Below, in pieces: positions 57,779-64,000 of a stretch of DNA of 64,000 bases. Made by a program: the position numbers and the translations under genes. Within the stretch, counting starts at the first letter, position 1. Every line of letters starts with the position of its first letter. Source of the stretch: Thraustochytrium aureum (Eukaryota). The stretch is taken from positions 169,065-233,064 of the forward strand of contig BLSG01000421.1 of the NCBI GenBank assembly GCA_012862495.1. Direction: 5' to 3'. The notes under the pieces are model-generated. The model saw only the letters and a program-made list of their open reading frames with translations. It did no database searches and was not told the DNA's origin.

Positions 57779-59440
57779 GGGCCCCGACGGAGTACCCGCC
57801 GCGGTTGTGGTCGGTGCTAGCCCGCCAGAGGTCAAGGAGGTCGCGGTAGCCGTTCCCGGGCCGGGCCTGGACACGACCCAGGGACGCGCGCAGGCCCTGC
57901 AATACGCCGTACTCCCCCTCCTGGCATCTGGGGTGGGCCGGTTCGAACAACGCATCCTGTACTACAACTCGTGGGCAGACCCGCTGCCGCTCGCTCACCT
58001 TTGGTGCGTGTTCGAGCTATACTTTGTTCTGCACGGGGAGCCGAAGAAGAAGGCCCGTGCGGCGGCAACGAATGAAGAAGCTGTGCTGCTTGTGCGCCCG
58101 CCAGAGCAGGCGGACCTTGCCAGCACGCTTGTGAACAATTACGAGACCATCAAGAACAACATCGCCCGCTTCGACGCGCGAGCGGCGCAGTGCAACGACC
58201 CGCTCGAGCAGAGCATTCTGCGGGGCGCAATAGAGTCGCGCGTTCAAGGCGGCTTGATGACCGTCAGCACGGCCGTTTCGGCAGAGCTCCGCCGCTGGCT
58301 GATCGAAGCAACGCGCCGCGCCGTCAACGCCAAGCGCATCGAAGCGAGCGGGACCGAGGCCCTGGCAGGGTTTTTGAACCAAGCTGGCGTTCTCCTGCAC
58401 GACCAGGGCCAGCACGTTGCCGCCGTCAAGCTGTACAACGAGGCCCTGTTCATCTACAAGAACCAGGTTGCTTCCGGCAACGAGCGCGACGACGACTTGC
58501 GGCGCGCCCGCGTGATGGGCAACATCGGCAACGCGCTCGCAGACCAGGGCAAGCTCAACGAGGCGCTCTCCATCTACGAAGAGGAGCTGCAGGCCTCGGA
58601 GCGCTGCTCGCCGGCGACCCGGAGCTGGCCACTACGCTCAACAACATGGCCGTGCTCCTTGACGACCTCGGCCGCTTCCAAGACGCCGTGGCGCACTACG
58701 AGCGGTCCCTTGCCATCCGGCGAGCCGCGCTCGGCGAGTCGCACCCGGACGTCGCCCAGACCCTCAACAACCTCGCTAGCTCGTACTACACGCAGGGCCG
58801 ACTCGACAGCGCGGAGGCGCACTACAAGAGCGCGCTAGCGATCTACCGGGGGGAGTCGCTCGGGCCAGACCACCCCAACGTGGCCGACGCGCTCAACAAC
58901 CTCGCAACCGTGCACAGCGCACAAGGCAAGCCACAGCAAGCGCTTGAAAACTACACGGCGGCTCTCGCTATCGCAAAGTCCCAGCTAGGGGCAAACCACC
59001 CGCAGGTCGCGCTCGCGCTCGTCAACATGGGCAACTGCCTGGACGAGATTGGCCGCCACAGCGAGGCCCTCGACCTCTGTCAGCAGGCCCTTGCGATCCT
59101 CACCGCGCGCTTCGGCGAGGGCTCGGTCGACGTGGCAACCACGCTCTACTCTATTGCCGCCATCTACCACCACATGTCGCAAGACGAGCTTGCGCTTGGA
59201 CTTTACGCGCGTGCTCTAGCCATACTCAAGGCGCGCCTCGGGGACCACCATCCAGACGTGGCCAACGCGCTGTTCAACATGGCCGAGAGCTACGAAAAGC
59301 TCGGCAAGATACACGAGGCCCTCAAGGCCAGCCGCCAGGCGCTCGCAATTTTCAGCGCTGCCAACGGCGACAAGCACCCGGACACGCGCGACGCAGCCAG
59401 GCAGGTCGAGCGGCTCGAGCATGTCGTGACGCACTCGTGA
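57779..59440 (+). CDS. TPR-repeat protein (kinesin-light-chain/NPHP3-type ~42-aa repeats) with an N-terminal WC.FE domain (5' end in gap; frameshift near 58595)
   Basis: Repeated LG..HP.VA..LNNLA...QG motifs; LWCVFELY upstream. Confidence 0.88.
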
Positions 59441-60350
59441 AAGGACGGACCGCGCCAAGTGCATGGATGCCAAGATGCGCGGCGCCGCGCAAACCACCGC
59501 TCGCGCGGAGCGCGCGGCGGCAAAGGGAATCGACGCCGTGCGTAGAGTCGGGGGCTCNNNNNNNNNNNNNNNNNNNNNNNNNNNNNNNNNNNNNNNNNNN
59601 NNNNNNNNNNNNNNNNNNNNNNNNNNNNNNNNNNNNNNNNNNNNNNNNNNNNNNNNNNNNNNNNNNNNNNNNNNNNNNNNNNNNNNNNNNNNNNNNNNNN
59701 NNNNNNNNNNNNNNNNNNNNNNNNNNNNNNNNNNNNNNNNNNNNNNNNNNNNNNNNNNNNNNNNNNNNNNNNNNNNNNNNNNNNNNNNNNNNNNNNNNNN
59801 NNNNNNNNNNNNNNNNNNNNNNNNNNNNNNNNNNNNNNNNNNNNNNNNNNNNNNNNNNNNNNNNNNNNNNNNNNNNNNNNNNNNNNNNNNNNNNNNNNNN
59901 NNNNNNNNNNNNNNNNNNNNNNNNNNNNNNNNNNNNNNNNNNNNNNNNNNNNNNNNNNNNNNNNNNNNNNNNNNNNNNNNNNNNNNNNNNNNNNNNNNNN
60001 NNNNNNNNNNNNNNNNNNNNNNNNNNNNNNNNNNNNNNNNNNNNNNNNNNNNNNNNNNNNNNNNNNNNNNNNNNNNNNNNNNNNNNNNNNNNNNNNNNNN
60101 NNNNNNNNNNNNNNNNNNNNNNNNNNNNNNNNNNNNNNNNNNNNNNNNNNNNNNNNNNNNNNNNNNNNNNNNNNNNNNNNNNNNNNNNNNNNNNNNNNNN
60201 NNNNNNNNNNNNNNNNNNNNNNNNNNNNNNNNNNNNNNNNNNNNNNNNNNNNNNNNNNNNNNNNNNNNNNNNNNNNNNNNNNNNNNNNNNNNNNNNNNNN
60301 NNNNNNNNNNNNNNNNNNNNNNNNNNNNNNNNNNNNNNNNNNNNNNNNNN

Positions 60351-61792
60351 TCATGCCATCGCCTGACATGCCTCGCTTTCCGACGAGGGCGTCCACCTCG
60401 TCGAGGAATATGATTGCGGGCACAGCAAGTCGCGCATTTGCAAACACGTCGCGCACGGTGCGCTCCGCGTCCCCGACGTACGGGGAGTAAACATCGGCAC
60501 CAGAAAGCTTGAAAAAGGCGAAGCCCGCCCGCTGGGCGGCACCGCGCGCCAAGGTGGTTTTGCTGCAGCCTGGTGGCCCGTGCATGAGGATCCCCCGAGG
60601 CGCTTGAAGGCCCATGCGGTCCATCGCGGCGCGATGCAGAACTGGCCACTCGACGGCCGCGCGAGCTCGGCCTTGACCGAGTTGTAGCCGCCCACAGCAA
60701 CGCGAAGCGGACCCTCTATCGCGCCCGTCTGCGACCCGCCCCGCTGCCGCAGCAGCGAGCCCTGCCCTACTTGCGCTCTTGCGGCATGGAGCTCGCTCGC
60801 GGTGACGGCAGCCGCTCTCCCTCCGGGCGCGCCCGACTCGCGCGCCGCAGCCACATACATGGCAACGGCTTCAAGGTCTGCCCCGACAAAGCCGACGCAA
60901 CTCGTCGCAAATTCGCGCACCACGGCGCCAGCCTCGCCATCGCCAATCGCGGCCTCAGCCATGCCGAGCGAAGACGCCAGTTTTCGGCGCAAAATCTCGG
61001 CGCGTTCGCCCGCCGAGGGCGGCCGGAAGGCGATTTCGCGCTCAAAGCGGCCGGGCCGCCGCAACGCCGCATCGATTGCGTCTGGCCGGTTGGTCGCCGC
61101 CACAATCGTGATGCGGTGGTCGGTTGTTCCCAAACCATCCATCAGCGTCAGGAGCTGGGCGACGGTTCGGCTCTCTGCTGCCCCTGCGCCCTCGCGCTTG
61201 GGGCAGAGGCCATCGAGCTCGTCCAAAAACACGACGCACCGCGAACGCTCGCCTTTGCGCGTCACAAACTCGAGCGCGTCCGAAAAGGCGCCGCGCATGA
61301 GCTCCTCTGCGGCGCCCATCATCCCAGCGTTGGCCCCGCTTGGGAGCCCGACGCGGATCAGCTGGCAGGCTGCGATGCGCGACAGCGAGGACACCACCGT
61401 TTCAACTGCAGTGGTCTTGCCGGTTCCCGGGGGTCCATGCAGCAGAATGCCTCGAGGCGACGCCAGGCCGCCAAAGTGCCGAAAGGTGCTCGCAAACCGC
61501 GACGGCCAAACGAGGAGCTCCTCGAGCTGCCTGGCCGGGCCACTCTGCAGGGTCTCACCGGTTCCGTGCAGTTCTGCAGGGCCGAGCACTTCACCGTGCC
61601 GGAAGCTTGTCTCGCCGGGGCCGTCCTCAAAGGTGACCGTAGTCAGAGCAGTGCAGAGCGCGAATCCAGACCGCGGCGAGCAGCGCTCCACAACAGCGTC
61701 GTAGGCAAGGCCCGCCGGCTTGCTGATGCGAGCCCCCGACACAGGGGCAGGCCGCACTGCACAAAGTGCACGACCTGAAGCCGCACGCTGGT
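60351..61792 (-). CDS. double AAA+ ATPase of the AFG2/SPATA5 family, SPATA5L1-like (both ends in gaps; frameshift near 60660)
   Basis: D1 GILLHGPPGTGKT, FLDELD, AATNRPDAIDAALRRPGRFERE; D2 GPPGCSKT, LSGADVYSPYVGDAE, IIFLDEVD. Confidence 0.88.
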
Positions 61793-62395
61793 NNNNNNNN
61801 NNNNNNNNNNNNNNNNNNNNNNNNNNNNNNNNNNNNNNNNNNNNNNNNNNNNNNNNNNNNNNNNNNNNNNNNNNNNNNNNNNNNNNNNNNNNNNNNNNNN
61901 NNNNNNNNNNNNNNNNNNNNNNNNNNNNNNNNNNNNNNNNNNNNNNNNNNNNNNNNNNNNNNNNNNNNNNNNNNNNNNNNNNNNNNNNNNNNNNNNNNNN
62001 NNNNNNNNNNNNNNNNNNNNNNNNNNNNNNNNNNNNNNNNNNNNNNNNNNNNNNNNNNNNNNNNNNNNNNNNNNNNNNNNNNNNNNNNNNNNNNNNNNNN
62101 NNNNNNNNNNNNNNNNNNNNNNNNNNNNNNNNNNNNNNNNNNNNNNNNNNNNNNNNNNNNNNNNNNNNNNNNNNNNNNNNNNNNNNNNNNNNNNNNNNNN
62201 NNNNNNNNNNNNNNNNNNNNNNNNNNNNNNNNNNNNNNNNNNNNNNNNNNNNNNNNNNNNNNNNNNNNNNNNNNNNNNNNNNNNNNNNNNNNNNNNNNNN
62301 NNNNNNNNNNNNNNNNNNNNNNNNNNNNNNNNNNNNNNNNNNNNNNNNNNNNNNNNNNNNNNNNNNNNNNNNNNNNNNNNNNNNNNNNNNNNNNN

Positions 62396-63493
62396 GATGG
62401 TCGAGCACGCGGACGGGGGCGCGGCCAGCGCGGCGGTGCTCGAGACGACGGCCGAGGAGCTGGACGGGCTGCGCATCCGCGTGATGAAGTACGGGGACTG
62501 CCTGCTCGGCGCGGTGTACCCCGAGCTGGAGCTGTCCGCATTCACGGCGTTCAACGTCATGGCGGCCGGGGTGCACCGCGTGTCGAAACTGCAGCGAGGC
62601 CCCAAGTCGCTCTTGCAGCTGGGGCTTGGCGTGGGCACGGTCCCCATGCAGGCCAAGCGCAAGAGCGGCTACGACAGAGTGGACGCTGTCGAGAATAGCA
62701 CGACCGTGGCCCGCTTCGCGAGAGAGCACTTTGGGTACACCGCTGGCGCGATCGTGCTGGCCGAGGCCCATAATTTTCTCTTTGACCCGGCGAGCGCCGC
62801 GCCGTGCGACCAAGGCGACATCGTGGACAGCTCTCTGGGAGGCCCGGCGTCCCCGTTGTGGGCTTGCGCCGGGTCCGGCGACCTGCTACCCGAGAGGTAC
62901 GATGTCGTCGCGCAGGACCTCTACCTGGGGTGGAACCCGACGCACGTCTTGAACCGCGCGGTGTTCGAGCGCGTCCGCGACTTTTGGCTCGACCCGGATC
63001 AAGGCGTCTACATGGTCAACTTTGTGGGTTTTCATCACGGGCCGCATCGGCGGTTCAGCGCAAGCGTGGTCCACACGCTCCGCGGCGTGTTCGCCATGTG
63101 CAATGCTTTCGCGACGCGCCGGTGTCGCACCGCATCGACACGTCAACCAATATCATCTGCTTCGCGTCCCAGCACGGTGACCTGGTCGATTTTCTGCGCG
63201 GCGCTCGCCCGAGCCCGGCGTTTGCTGGCGTCGACATCGCGCAGATATCGCTCGAGTGGATCGACCAATACTTTGAGCACTGGCGGGTGTTCGAGGCGGG
63301 AGACGAGACGGTCCCTCCGGACACGGACAATGCCAGCCCGGTCGTTCTGGACCCTGGCGCAGACCTCGGCGCGTTTGAAGCCTCCTTTGCTGCTGCGGCG
63401 GCCGACATGCGCGACTACATCCGCGACATTCTCCCTGCCGAGTACTGGGACGAAGCCCGGCCTCGCGCGGACGAGGACTGCGCTGTCGAGTAG
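62396..63493 (+). CDS. class I SAM-dependent methyltransferase, spermidine-synthase/METTL13-C-like (5' end probably in gap; frameshift near 63095)
   Basis: LLQLGLGVGTV, VDAVENSTTVARFAREHFG, YDVVAQDLY, GVYMVN, TNIICFAS. Confidence 0.78.
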
Positions 63494-64000
63494 TGGGCGA
63501 TGAAATGCAGAACGGCGGTGACGAGCCGCGACGGCCTTCTTCCAGCGCTAGCTACGACGCGCTCTTTTCGGTTGCTCCAGTTCCCCACTCTCGCGCCACG
63601 GCCAGCGGGATGGGCGCATCCGCAAAAGCCGCGAGCAAGATTCGAGGGCCTCCTTGATGCAAGGAACAGCAACGCGCATCGGCCGCTCGCCTCGTTTCGC
63701 TGCGAGACGCACGTGCAGCGGGGGGTACCGGGACCAAAACGAGCCCGTTTGTTCCGCTGTTCGCTTGTGGCGTCGATCGATCGAGCGCGTTCTGCGCCAG
63801 TGCCAGTGCGGCGAGGAGTCGCACCCGTGCTGCAGCCTTACTCAACTCTACGACCGTGGTTGGGAGCGAGCGAGGGAGCGGGGGTTGCTGCCCGTTCGCG
63901 TCCGGGTCGCCAATCGAGCGGGAGGAACGAGGCGCCTCGCCTGATCGGCCGATCGATTGCAGCTCCGAGCTAGAGTAGGAAGAGTACATACAAGTAACTG

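Noticed and set aside
59352..59557. AAA ATPase C-terminus (…ALGAVRP…) overlapping the TPR gene 3' end
   Set aside because: Weak resemblance; the ~790-N gap is long enough to hold the real C-terminus.
4300..63100. Programmed ribosomal frameshifting or RNA editing system
   Set aside because: Indels go in both directions, favour homopolymers and share no slippery or stop motif, in a gap-rich assembly; error is the simpler explanation.

Overview
GC-rich, intron-poor eukaryotic nuclear DNA with GT-AG introns (gtaagt donors, ctgac branch sites), microsatellite-rich gene flanks and many N-gaps. The gene repertoire and style suggest a stramenopile, possibly a thraustochytrid/labyrinthulomycete (inference only). 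About 19 protein genes can be read: MYSM1-like Myb+JAMM, full-size ABCG with a Cys-rich ectodomain, BART-domain protein, MLH3, a Cys-rich microprotein, a BORCS5-like protein, a piggyBac/YqaJ-derived gene, an ApbE-FRD-b5R NADH fumarate reductase, S49 peptidase, bZIP, LysM-TLDc (OXR1-like), RMD1, a BED-hAT-derived gene, CWF18, a giant hevein/GCC2-repeat membrane protein, panB, a TPR protein, a SPATA5L1-like AAA ATPase and a spermidine-synthase-like methyltransferase. Many genes have single-base frameshifts, mostly in homopolymers; I treat these as assembly errors. Most notable: (1) a gene of roughly 1200 codons that appears to be a piggyBac-type transposase with a YqaJ-like nuclease nested inside it, with most catalytic residues of both enzymes replaced and no terminal repeats seen (candidate domesticated gene); (2) a second apparently inactivated, domesticated hAT transposase; (3) a trypanosomatid-type three-domain fumarate reductase; (4) a hevein-like domain missed by the ORF track near the N-terminus of a >1600-aa surface protein. 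All family calls come from motif recognition by eye; no database search was run.
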